From the NCBI GenBank assembly GCA_021814565.1, contig JAKAIC010000014.1:7286-31285 (forward strand): a stretch of 24,000 nt of DNA, written 5' to 3'. Positions 15,249 to 23,556 of this stretch are shown one piece after another (the stretch's first letter is position 1; every line of letters starts with the position of its first letter). The notes below the pieces were generated by a model. The model had not been told where the DNA came from, ran no database searches, and worked only from the letters and a program-made list of their open reading frames with translations. This DNA comes from Actinomycetes bacterium (GTDB lineage Bacteria > Actinomycetota > Actinomycetes > S36-B12 > UBA5976). The translations under genes and the position numbers were made by a program.

Positions 15249-16577
15249 ATGCAACCCCGTGTCGACTGGCCCGAGCTACCGGCCGTCCAGCAGCCGGAAT
15301 GGCCGGACGCGACGGCCCTTGAACGTGCGCTCGAAGAGTTGCGCATCATGCCGCCGCTCGTTTTCGCCGGCGAATGCGACCTCTTGCTGCAGCGCTTGGG
15401 TGATGTGGCACTTGGGAAGTCGTTCGTGCTCATGGGCGGTGATTGCGCCGAGACCTTTGCAGCCAACACTGCAAACTCCATTCGCGCACGGCTGCAGACG
15501 GTGCTGCAAATGGCGATCGTGCTCACCTACGGAGCACAGTTGCCGGTGCTGAAGGTCGGGCGCATGGCGGGCCAGTACTTCAAGCCCCGCTCCAACGCCA
15601 GCGAGACGCGTGAGGGCGTCACCCTGCCCAGTTACAAGGGCGATGGCATCAATGATCTGGCCTGGGATGCGGATGGACGTCGCCCCGATCCCATGCGACT
15701 CGTCCGCGCCTACAACGCATCGGCTGCCACCCTGAACCTGGTGCGTGCGTTCACGCAGGGAGGCTATGCCGATCTGCGTCAGGTGCACATGTGGAACCAG
15801 GACTTCGTTCGTGACTCGGCGGCGGGCCAGCGCTACGAGCGCATCGCCGGCGAGATCGATCGCGCGCTGGCCTTCATGGCCGCCTGCGGTGCCGACCCCG
15901 AGGAATTCCGGCGCGTTGAGTTCTATGCAGCTCACGAGGCGCTGGTGCTGGACTACGAGCGGGCCTTGACGCGCATCGATTCAAGAACCGGCGATCCGTA
16001 CGCCGTGTCCGGTCACTTCGTATGGATCGGTGAGCGCACACGCCAGCTGGGTGGTGCGCACCTCGATCTGGTCTCGCGCATCAAGAACCCGGTCGGTGTG
16101 AAGCTGGGTCCCACGACCACCGTGGAGCAGGCGTTGGAGATGTGCGAGGAGCTCAATCCCCAGCGTGTTCCGGGACGTCTCACCTTCATCACCCGCATGG
16201 GCCACAGCAAGATCCGTGAACTACTGCCGCCAATCGTGCGCGGCGTCACCGACGCCGGACATCCGGTGGTCTGGTGTTGTGATCCCATGCACGGGAACAC
16301 CATCGAGACATCGGATCATTTCAAGACCCGCGTCTTCGACGACGTGCTGGATGAGGTGATCGGCTTCTTCGAGGTGCACCGCATGCTGGGTACGCATCCG
16401 GGCGGCATGCACATCGAACTCACGGGTGATGACGTCACGGAATGCGTCGGTGGTACCGAGGGCATTCAGGAGCACCAGGTTGGGGAGCGCTACGAGACGG
16501 CCTGCGACCCCCGGCTCAATCGGGAGCAATCCCTGGAACTGGCCTTCCATGTCGCCGACATGCTGGTGAGACGCTGA
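15249..16577 (+). CDS. aroG: 3-deoxy-7-phosphoheptulonate (DAHP) synthase, class II
   Basis: 442 aa. LMGGDCAETF, KVGRMAGQYFKPRS, WIGERTRQ and CDPMHGNT are class II (plant/actinobacterial AroG/AroH type) signatures. Syntenic with Rv2178c. Confidence 0.95.
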   Translation: MQPRVDWPELPAVQQPEWPDATALERALEELRIMPPLVFAGECDLLLQRLGDVALGKSFVLMGGDCAETFAANTANSIRARLQTVLQMAIVLTYGAQLPVLKVGRMAGQYFKPRSNASETREGVTLPSYKGDGINDLAWDADGRRPDPMRLVRAYNASAATLNLVRAFTQGGYADLRQVHMWNQDFVRDSAAGQRYERIAGEIDRALAFMAACGADPEEFRRVEFYAAHEALVLDYERALTRIDSRTGDPYAVSGHFVWIGERTRQLGGAHLDLVSRIKNPVGVKLGPTTTVEQALEMCEELNPQRVPGRLTFITRMGHSKIRELLPPIVRGVTDAGHPVVWCCDPMHGNTIETSDHFKTRVFDDVLDEVIGFFEVHRMLGTHPGGMHIELTGDDVTECVGGTEGIQEHQVGERYETACDPRLNREQSLELAFHVADMLVRR

Positions 16578-17116
16578 TGCGCACCGTCATCGAAGTGGCA
16601 ACCTTCGTGGGTCCGCTGAGCTTCGTGTGGGACGACGACGCCCTGGGCGTCGACGCTGAGGGCCGCGTCATCAAAGGCGCCGTGGTTCGCTCCGAATTCG
16701 TCAGGGCCGCCAGGCTGGCCGGCGCCGGTGCCCGGGTGGTTGACGCCGATTCGGCGTCGGGAGATCCGGGCATGGTGGTGCGGGCGGTGCGCGCCTGGAG
16801 CGATGGCAGTGCGCCCAACGCGCTGGATGTCGTACCCGTGCTGCAAGCCGGTGGTGAATTTCGTCAGAAGTGCTGGCAGGCCCTGCGATCGGTGAAGGCG
16901 GGCGAGGTGCTGTCGTATGCCGAACTCGCGCAGCTGGCGGGAAATCCGCTCGCTTCACGCGCTGCAGGAAGCGCGATGGCAAACAACACGGTTGCCCCCT
17001 TTGTTCCCTGCCATCGAGTGGTGCGAGCAGATGGAGTCATCGGCAACTACTCGGCCACCGGTGGCAGCGAGACCAAGGTGCGCATCCTCGAGCACGAGGG
17101 CAACCAGATCGCCTAG
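16577..17116 (+). CDS. ogt: Methylated-DNA--protein-cysteine methyltransferase (Ogt/MGMT)
   Basis: Active site PCHRVV with the upstream helix-turn-helix SYAELAQLAGNPLASRAAGSAMANN. ATG 16577 overlaps the aroG TGA by 1 nt (TGATG). Trimmed from track ORF 16442..17116. Confidence 0.85.
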   Translation: MRTVIEVATFVGPLSFVWDDDALGVDAEGRVIKGAVVRSEFVRAARLAGAGARVVDADSASGDPGMVVRAVRAWSDGSAPNALDVVPVLQAGGEFRQKCWQALRSVKAGEVLSYAELAQLAGNPLASRAAGSAMANNTVAPFVPCHRVVRADGVIGNYSATGGSETKVRILEHEGNQIA

Positions 17117-17121
17117 CCGCT

Positions 17122-18978
17122 TCAGACGATCGTGATCGTCACGTTCGTGCCACGTGGAACCACAGATCCGGCACTTGGCGACTGTGATTTCACGAGATTC
17201 AACAGACGTCCGCTGGATTTGTGCACGGTCACCGTCAGCCCCGCGGCCCTGAGCTTGGCGGTAGCGGAACTTGCGGACAGACGGAAGACGTCCGGTACCG
17301 TGACGGGCGCCGGCCCCTTGCTCACCAACAGTTTGATGTGGCTGCCTCGCTGCAGCAATGTGCCCGCGCTGGGCGAAGTGCGAATGACATTGCCGGCCGC
17401 CACCTGATCGTCGTACAAGGTCGATGAGGCCGACGTGAAGCCGATGGTCTGCAGTGCGGCTTCGGCGGCCGCCAAGGTCTGGCCGGCCAGCGCCGGCACC
17501 GGAATCGGTGCCGGCCCCTTGCTCACGACGAGATCGACCGTGTCGCCGGGCTGGGCGATACGACCGGCCTCGGGATTGCTCGACAGAACGGTGCCGGGCG
17601 CCGCCTTGGCGTCGTACTGCTGCGTGACCGCCCCCAGGCGCAGCTTGACGGCCGCCAGTGCGCTTCGGGCGTCACCCTGCAGCAGGCCGATGAGTGAGGG
17701 CACCGCGTAGCGTTCCGGACCCTTGGACACCACCAGGGTGACAAGCGTGTCGTGGGTGACCGACATGCCCGGCGTGGGTTGCGCGTCAATGACGTCGCCT
17801 TCGGGAATCGTCTTGCTCCAGGCCTGGGTGGTGGTGCTGCGCAGAGTGGCATCGCTGAGCGCCTGCTTGGCATCCGCGACACTCATGCCGATCACCTGCG
17901 GCACATCGCTGTGGGACCCGGCCGTGGCCTGCCAGGCGATGCCGCCGGCCGCAGCCAGCAGCAGCAGCGTCAACACCGCCGGCCAGCGGCGGCGCCTGCG
18001 CCGACCGCTGACCATGCCGGATTCAGTGCGTGCCTGAACAGCGGAGGTTGGGACAGAGGGGTACTCGTTGCCACCCTGATCGATGACGGTGGTGGATTGC
18101 ATGGGCAGCGGCACCATGGTGTATTCAGGATCGAGCGCTGCGCGCGTGGCGCGCACGGCGGCCAGGAATTCGCGTGCGTCCTGGTAGCGCAGGGCGGGAT
18201 CACGGCGGGTGGCATGCGTGACCACGCCGTCGATGGCTCTGGGCAGGTCTGCTCGCGTGAGCGAGGGTGCAGGCACATCGGTGTGCACGTGTTGGTAGGC
18301 AACGGCCAGGGGAGTCTCACCCGAGTGGGGGACCACACCGGTGAGCATTTCATAGAGCAGGACGCCGGCGCCGTAGACGTCGCTGCGGGCATCGGCGTAC
18401 CCGCGTTCCACCTGTTCGGGCGAGAGGTACGCGACGGTACCGATCAGGACGCCTTGCGTGGCAGCGCTCAGGGATGAGGAGACTATGGCGCGGGCCAGGC
18501 CGAAATCCGTCACCTTGATACGGCCATCGTCTCCGATGAGCACGTTCTCGGGCTTCACATCGCGGTGAACGTAGCCCGCGTCGTGCGCAGCGGCCAGTGC
18601 CTGCAGCACCGGATCAAGCACGGCCAGTGCCTGCACAGGAGTCAGGACACCTCGAGCCGCGATCACCTCGCGGACGGTGCGTCCATGCACGAATTCCATG
18701 ACCAGGTAGATGGCGCCCGTCCCGCTGTCGCGACCCTGGTCATGTACGGCCACCACATGTGGATTCGCCAATTGCGCTGCTGCATGCGCTTCGCGTTCGA
18801 AGCGATGCACGAATTCGGGGTCCTCGGCCAAGGAGGCATGCATGACCTTCACAGCTACGGTGCGACGCAGCCGCAGATCACTGGCCGCGTAGACCGTGGC
18901 CATACCGCCTCGCGCTACGAGTGACTCAATGCGATACCTACCGTCAAGCGTGCGCCCGAGGAGTTGATCGCTGGTCAT
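17122..18978 (-). CDS. Transmembrane Ser/Thr protein kinase with four extracellular PASTA repeats (positional PknL homolog)
   Basis: 618 aa from ATG 18978. Kinase motifs ARGGMATVY, AVKVM, HRDVKPENVLI, DFGLA and SPEQ. Arg-rich stop-transfer plus TM helix WPAVLTLLLLAAAGGIAW. Four ~62-aa repeats follow, three ending in VSKGP (about aa 358-618, nt 17125-17907). The 48-codon N-terminal extension in the track overlaps thiG and is rejected. Confidence 0.9.
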   Translation of the reverse strand: MTSDQLLGRTLDGRYRIESLVARGGMATVYAASDLRLRRTVAVKVMHASLAEDPEFVHRFEREAHAAAQLANPHVVAVHDQGRDSGTGAIYLVMEFVHGRTVREVIAARGVLTPVQALAVLDPVLQALAAAHDAGYVHRDVKPENVLIGDDGRIKVTDFGLARAIVSSSLSAATQGVLIGTVAYLSPEQVERGYADARSDVYGAGVLLYEMLTGVVPHSGETPLAVAYQHVHTDVPAPSLTRADLPRAIDGVVTHATRRDPALRYQDAREFLAAVRATRAALDPEYTMVPLPMQSTTVIDQGGNEYPSVPTSAVQARTESGMVSGRRRRRRWPAVLTLLLLAAAGGIAWQATAGSHSDVPQVIGMSVADAKQALSDATLRSTTTQAWSKTIPEGDVIDAQPTPGMSVTHDTLVTLVVSKGPERYAVPSLIGLLQGDARSALAAVKLRLGAVTQQYDAKAAPGTVLSSNPEAGRIAQPGDTVDLVVSKGPAPIPVPALAGQTLAAAEAALQTIGFTSASSTLYDDQVAAGNVIRTSPSAGTLLQRGSHIKLLVSKGPAPVTVPDVFRLSASSATAKLRAAGLTVTVHKSSGRLLNLVKSQSPSAGSVVPRGTNVTITIV

Positions 18979-18985
18979 GATTCGC

Positions 18986-18991
18986 AGTGTA
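18986..18991 (-). promoter_or_regulatory. -10 hexamer TACACT positioned for a leaderless kinase mRNA
   Basis: The minus strand reads TACACT, a 7-nt spacer (GCGAATC) and ATG 18978. It lies in the 37-nt gap after the thiG stop. No Shine-Dalgarno sequence is present. Confidence 0.4.
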
Positions 18992-19015
18992 GGAGCGGAA
19001 TGCGCTTGGGACGGC

Positions 19016-19798
<783 letters not shown>

Positions 19799-19999
19799 TC
19801 AGCCGCCCTGCACCGCAGTGACGATTTCGATCTCCCGGCTGTCGGTGACGATGGTGGAAGGCCAACTTGCCTTCGCCACCACCACCCCATCCACCGCCAC
19901 GGCCACGCCGCGATCCGGGTAGCCCAGCTGGCTGAGCAATTCAGTCACGTTCAGCGCGTGATCCAGGGCGCGAGGCCTGCCGTTGATGGTGATCTGCAT
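19799..19999 (-). CDS. thiS: Sulfur carrier protein ThiS
   Basis: 66 aa, MQITINGRPR...EIVTAVQGG, with the C-terminal Gly-Gly. Located between thiO and thiG. GGAG overlaps the thiO stop (TAGGAGACGTCATG). Trimmed from track ORF 19799..20227. Confidence 0.87.
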   Translation of the reverse strand: MQITINGRPRALDHALNVTELLSQLGYPDRGVAVAVDGVVVAKASWPSTIVTDSREIEIVTAVQGG

Positions 20000-20007
20000 G
20001 ACGTCTC

Positions 20008-21114
20008 CTACAGGAACCGTAGCGGTGAGGCATTGCTCATCGGCGATGGCATGACACCACTGCGCAGGTATTCGGCCATGGAAAGACCGGTGAGCGGGCC
20101 CAGCAGGATGCCGTTGCGCCCGTGGCCGGTGGCGTAGTGAACGTCGCTGCGAGTGCTGGCGCCCACGATCGGCAGATGATCGTGCGTGGTCGGGCGCATT
20201 CCCGCCCAGGACTCGGTGAATGCCCACTCGTCGACGCTGGGCATGATGGCGCGGGCATCACGCAGCAGCTCGAAGACACCTGCCGCAGTTGCACCGAGAT
20301 CGAACTGGCGCTCCTCGACCGTGGCACCGATGACCACTTCACCCGATGGGCGCGGAACGATGTACACCGACTTCCCGCGCACCAACGCGCGCACCGTGAG
20401 TTCCGGCATGGCGCTGGTGCGACGGTCAGCCTGCAGACGCAGGATCTGTCCTTTGACCGGTCGGATGGCGGCCCTGATCGGCGCTTCGAGCGCTGCCTGG
20501 CGAACGGTGTCAATGCCCGCTGCGACCACGATGTGTTCCGCACGCAGCTGTTGGCTCTCGCATTGCACGAGATGCGGGATGGCCGTGACCTGCGCGGTCT
20601 CGTAGACGAACTCCACGCCCGCCAACTCACAAGCCCGCAGCAGTGCAGCGAGGAATTCACGGTTGTGTACCGCGTGGTCCGCTGGTGCCGCGATGCCCAC
20701 GGAGAGGTTGGGGCCGAGCGCGGGCTCACGCTCGCGGACTTCGCGGGTGGTGAGCACCTCCGGTGTGAAACCGAGCGCTCGTTGGGCAGGCAGGTGCCGC
20801 AGCAGTTCCGCCTTGTCGTCGACGTCATGACCGACGACCACGGTGCCGTGATCCACGTAGCCGGACGGCAGTCCGGACTCGTCGGCAATGCGCGCCGCAT
20901 AGGCCGGCCAGACATGCGCGGCTGCCACCAGCAGTGGGGTGAGGCGTTCGTCGCCGATGTGGTACTCGGTCAAGGGCGCGATCATGCCTGCCGCGGCGTA
21001 GGAGGCACCGTGCGTGGGCGTGGGATCGACCACCGTGACCGACATGCCCGAGCGAGCTGCTTCCCTGGCCGTGGTCAGTCCCGCAATGCCGCCGCCGATG
21101 ATGACCAGATCCAC
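20008..21114 (-). CDS. thiO: Glycine oxidase ThiO (FAD-dependent)
   Basis: 368 aa with a GTG start. N-terminal FAD fold MDLVIIGGGIAGLTTAREAARSG and DAO-family body. First gene of the thiO-thiS-thiG operon, divergent from thiE. Confidence 0.9.
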   Translation of the reverse strand: MDLVIIGGGIAGLTTAREAARSGMSVTVVDPTPTHGASYAAAGMIAPLTEYHIGDERLTPLLVAAAHVWPAYAARIADESGLPSGYVDHGTVVVGHDVDDKAELLRHLPAQRALGFTPEVLTTREVREREPALGPNLSVGIAAPADHAVHNREFLAALLRACELAGVEFVYETAQVTAIPHLVQCESQQLRAEHIVVAAGIDTVRQAALEAPIRAAIRPVKGQILRLQADRRTSAMPELTVRALVRGKSVYIVPRPSGEVVIGATVEERQFDLGATAAGVFELLRDARAIMPSVDEWAFTESWAGMRPTTHDHLPIVGASTRSDVHYATGHGRNGILLGPLTGLSMAEYLRSGVMPSPMSNASPLRFL

Positions 21115-21178
21115 GTGCTCATTCTTCCAGCATCTGCACGATTCGCCGACCCGGGGTCAGGCGTCGGACAATGGGGGG

Positions 21179-21829
21179 ATGAAGACGCGCATTGATCGTG
21201 TGGCCCGCTTGGCCCGTGCCCGCCTCTACTGCTGCACCGGTGCGCGGACATCGCTGGCAGATTTCGAGGACTTCGTGAATGCCATCTACGAGGGTGGCGT
21301 GGACATCGTGCAATTCCGAGACAAGACCATGGAAGCCGGCCCCGCCCTTGCTCACCTTGAGCTGCTGCGGAGGGCGGCGGACCGGCATGCGGCGCTGGCC
21401 TGCGTCAATGATCGCGCTGACCTGGCAGTCATCGCCGGTATGGATGTGGTGCACGTGGGGCAGGACGACCTCACGCCTGCCCAGGCCCGCAGCATCGTGG
21501 GCGCCGACATGCTCATCGGTCGCTCGACACATGCCATCGCCGAAGCAGCGGCCGCGGCCGATGACGACGATGTGGACTACTTCGCCGTGGGCCCTGTATG
21601 GCCGACACCCACCAAGCCGGGTCGAGCAGCTCCCGGCCTGCAGCTGGTACGCGAAGTGTCCTCGCGGGAATTCCTCAAGCCCTGGTTCGCGATCGGCGGC
21701 ATCGACGTCGCGCGCGTGCAGCAGGTGCGTGATGCAGGTGCCAGGCGCATCGTGGTGGTGCGCGCGCTCACCGAAGCGCAATCGCCGACCGCGTCCGCGC
21801 TGGGACTGCGATCGGCGATCGTCGGTTGA
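21179..21829 (+). CDS. thiE: Thiamine-phosphate synthase ThiE
   Basis: Trimmed to ATG 21179 (MKTRIDRVARLARARLYCCTG...), preceded by a GGGGGG run. VDIVQFRDK, VNDRADLA, VHVGQDD, GRSTH, YFAVGPVWPTPTK and FAIGGI are ThiE blocks. Confidence 0.9.
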   Translation: MKTRIDRVARLARARLYCCTGARTSLADFEDFVNAIYEGGVDIVQFRDKTMEAGPALAHLELLRRAADRHAALACVNDRADLAVIAGMDVVHVGQDDLTPAQARSIVGADMLIGRSTHAIAEAAAAADDDDVDYFAVGPVWPTPTKPGRAAPGLQLVREVSSREFLKPWFAIGGIDVARVQQVRDAGARRIVVVRALTEAQSPTASALGLRSAIVG

Positions 21830-21838
21830 TGCGGGCGT

Positions 21839-22477
21839 TCAGTCCAGGTGCACGGACCCACTCGCAGTTTCGAAGGTGATGGACACGATGCCGCTGGCAT
21901 CATCCGGGGAAACCCAATCGACATCGATGGCATCCAGCGGATGGTTGCTCGGTTCGCCCAGCCAATCAGCGACTCGCTCGGCTTCGCCGGCGATCTCGAT
22001 CTTGGAGATGCGAACGCCGGCGCCGCCGCGGGACGGATGCTGGTCCACGGGAGAGTCCCAGTGGATGAAGAAGGGGAGTTGAGGGTCATCGATCAGGTCG
22101 ATGACACCGATCTGCCGCCATGCCAGCTCGTAACCGTCGGGACGACGACGGTGGCCACGGACTGCCTCCCGGCCCAGACGCGACTCGAAGGGCGTGATAT
22201 CAGGTACCGATACCGCCCAGCCCAGCCAGCCTCCACCGGACTCGGCACGCTGACGAACGGCTTGCCCGAAGGGTGCTCGCTCCGCAGCAGGATGCTCCAG
22301 TGCAGCAACTACCTCGATATACATGTTGTCCTGCAAGGGCAGGATGAAGTTCTGGGTTCCGAAGTGGGGATGGCGTCCGCCGTCAGTGAAGGCCGCTCCC
22401 AGCTCGCCACCGAATCGCTGCACGGTATCGGCAAGGGCTTCATGCTTCACTGCATACGACACGTGATCTAGACGCAT
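21839..22477 (-). CDS. VOC-family / glyoxalase-like domain protein
   Basis: 212 aa from ATG 22477. MRLDHVSYAV...GGRHPHFGTQNFILPLQDNMYIEVVAALE resembles the Glyoxalase_3-type VOC N-terminus. The 100-codon extension in track ORF 21839..22777 is Arg/His/Pro-rich and spans a hairpin, so it is rejected. Confidence 0.65.
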   Translation of the reverse strand: MRLDHVSYAVKHEALADTVQRFGGELGAAFTDGGRHPHFGTQNFILPLQDNMYIEVVAALEHPAAERAPFGQAVRQRAESGGGWLGWAVSVPDITPFESRLGREAVRGHRRRPDGYELAWRQIGVIDLIDDPQLPFFIHWDSPVDQHPSRGGAGVRISKIEIAGEAERVADWLGEPSNHPLDAIDVDWVSPDDASGIVSITFETASGSVHLD

Positions 22478-22627
22478 GCGTGGAGCCTTGCACATGAGGT
22501 GGTGCGGTATGAAATCGGGCGCCGAGGTGGGCCCCGTCGCCGATGGCGCACAGGTCACGGAAGGGCCGGCACCTGCTTCCGCGTGTCGAGAGATCTCCGG
22601 CCCCCCGGCTCGATACATTCTCGCGCG

Positions 22628-22669
22628 GTGACGGTGGTAGCGAGAGGGGAAGCTCGCGACCACCGTCAC
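22628..22669 (-). terminator. Strong 17-bp hairpin immediately downstream of the DUF4192 gene (candidate intrinsic terminator, no U tract)
   Basis: GTGACGGTGGTAGCGAG (22628-22644) pairs with CTCGCGACCACCGTCAC (22653-22669) in 16 of 17 positions, with an 8-nt loop. On the minus strand it begins 10 nt after the TGA at 22680-22682. Confidence 0.5.
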
Positions 22670-22679
22670 TGCTATCTGC

Positions 22680-23555
22680 TCAGGCGGCGCGGCTGTCCAT
22701 GGCCAGCAAGTCCTGCGGTGTGTAGTGGGCGAATGATCGCGCGAGCAATGATGACGGGGCGCGCATCTCCAGACCATTGTTGAGCAGCCGTGCCAGCGAG
22801 TACTCCTCAGCCTCCAGGATATGCCGCACGTGCAGCGCTGCAGCGTCGATCTCGCCGTTGAGGTACTCCATGGCGGCTGCGCAGGTGTGCACGGGGATGG
22901 CGGCCCCGAGTGTGCTGCGCTCCATCATGCGTGCAAGCAGCTGTTCGATGGCAGGTCGCACGCCTGCGTCTGAGTCGGCGGAATAGGCGAGCACGGCATC
23001 GCGAATGGGGATGTCGTGGAGGGTGCGCGAGAGCCCCTGCAGTTGCGCGGCGTCGACGGGAAGTGCGCGTTCGGTGTCCATGATGGCCTGCAGCCATTCA
23101 TCCCAGCGTGCACGGCGCCAGGCCACTGCCGGCTCGGGCCGCTCGGGCAGCGGGTCGAAGTCGTCATGCCCGTAGGCGTGACCGGCGTAGCGATTTCCGC
23201 GCGCGGTACAGCAGCCGTCCGCGTCACAGGTGAAGGAGCGCCAGCGCTGCGCCCCGGCCCACAGCCCGTGGAGCACCGTGCGCCCCTGATAGGTGAAGGC
23301 GTCCAGAAGTGGCGTGAGGTCGATACCGGGTCGGTCGCTGAAGCTCACCGCTGCCACAAAGCAGGTCTCAGTCGGCCACATCGAACTCTCGAGCAGGGGT
23401 TCGTCGAGCGGCCGGGTGACGGTGTTGGGGAACACGCCTCGCCGCTGGATCGAACCATCGGCATCCAATCCGACCATCATCAACGCATCGACGGGTGCGG
23501 CGTCCAGAAGGTAGGGCAGTTCGACGATGGCACTGCGTGGCTCGTTGGGGAACAC
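22680..23555 (-). CDS. DUF4192-family protein (actinobacterial, function unknown)
   Basis: The N-terminal ELPYLLDAAPVDALMMVGL segment, the mid-protein Cys cluster FTCDADGCCTARGNRY and the helical C-terminal half resemble DUF4192 proteins. I place the start at GTG 23555 because AAGGAG lies 6 nt upstream of it and it sits 1 nt past the upstream gene's stop. GTG 23600 (the track start, 44-nt overlap, no SD) is the alternative. Confidence 0.62.
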   Translation of the reverse strand: MFPNEPRSAIVELPYLLDAAPVDALMMVGLDADGSIQRRGVFPNTVTRPLDEPLLESSMWPTETCFVAAVSFSDRPGIDLTPLLDAFTYQGRTVLHGLWAGAQRWRSFTCDADGCCTARGNRYAGHAYGHDDFDPLPERPEPAVAWRRARWDEWLQAIMDTERALPVDAAQLQGLSRTLHDIPIRDAVLAYSADSDAGVRPAIEQLLARMMERSTLGAAIPVHTCAAAMEYLNGEIDAAALHVRHILEAEEYSLARLLNNGLEMRAPSSLLARSFAHYTPQDLLAMDSRAA

Positions 23556-23556
23556 T

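Noticed and set aside
21115-21320. Possible TPP riboswitch remnant upstream of thiO. The minus strand contains CCUGACCCCGGGUCGGCGAAUCG, which loosely resembles the ACCUGAUCCGGGUAAUGCCGGCG core.
   Set aside because: No CUGAGA element is present. The putative P4/P5 segment cannot form the required helix-loop. The region is only 64 nt before entering thiE, whose conserved N-terminus fixes its start. It needs a cmsearch to be definitive.
22499-22783. A 94-aa plus-strand ORF (and the 60-aa ORF 22543..22725) inside the largest intergenic gap, considered as a possible small gene.
   Set aside because: The translation is dominated by Arg/Gly/Pro (RRGGPRRRWRTGHGRAG...). It runs through the 17-bp terminator-like hairpin and into the DUF4192 coding region on the opposite strand. 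It has no SD.
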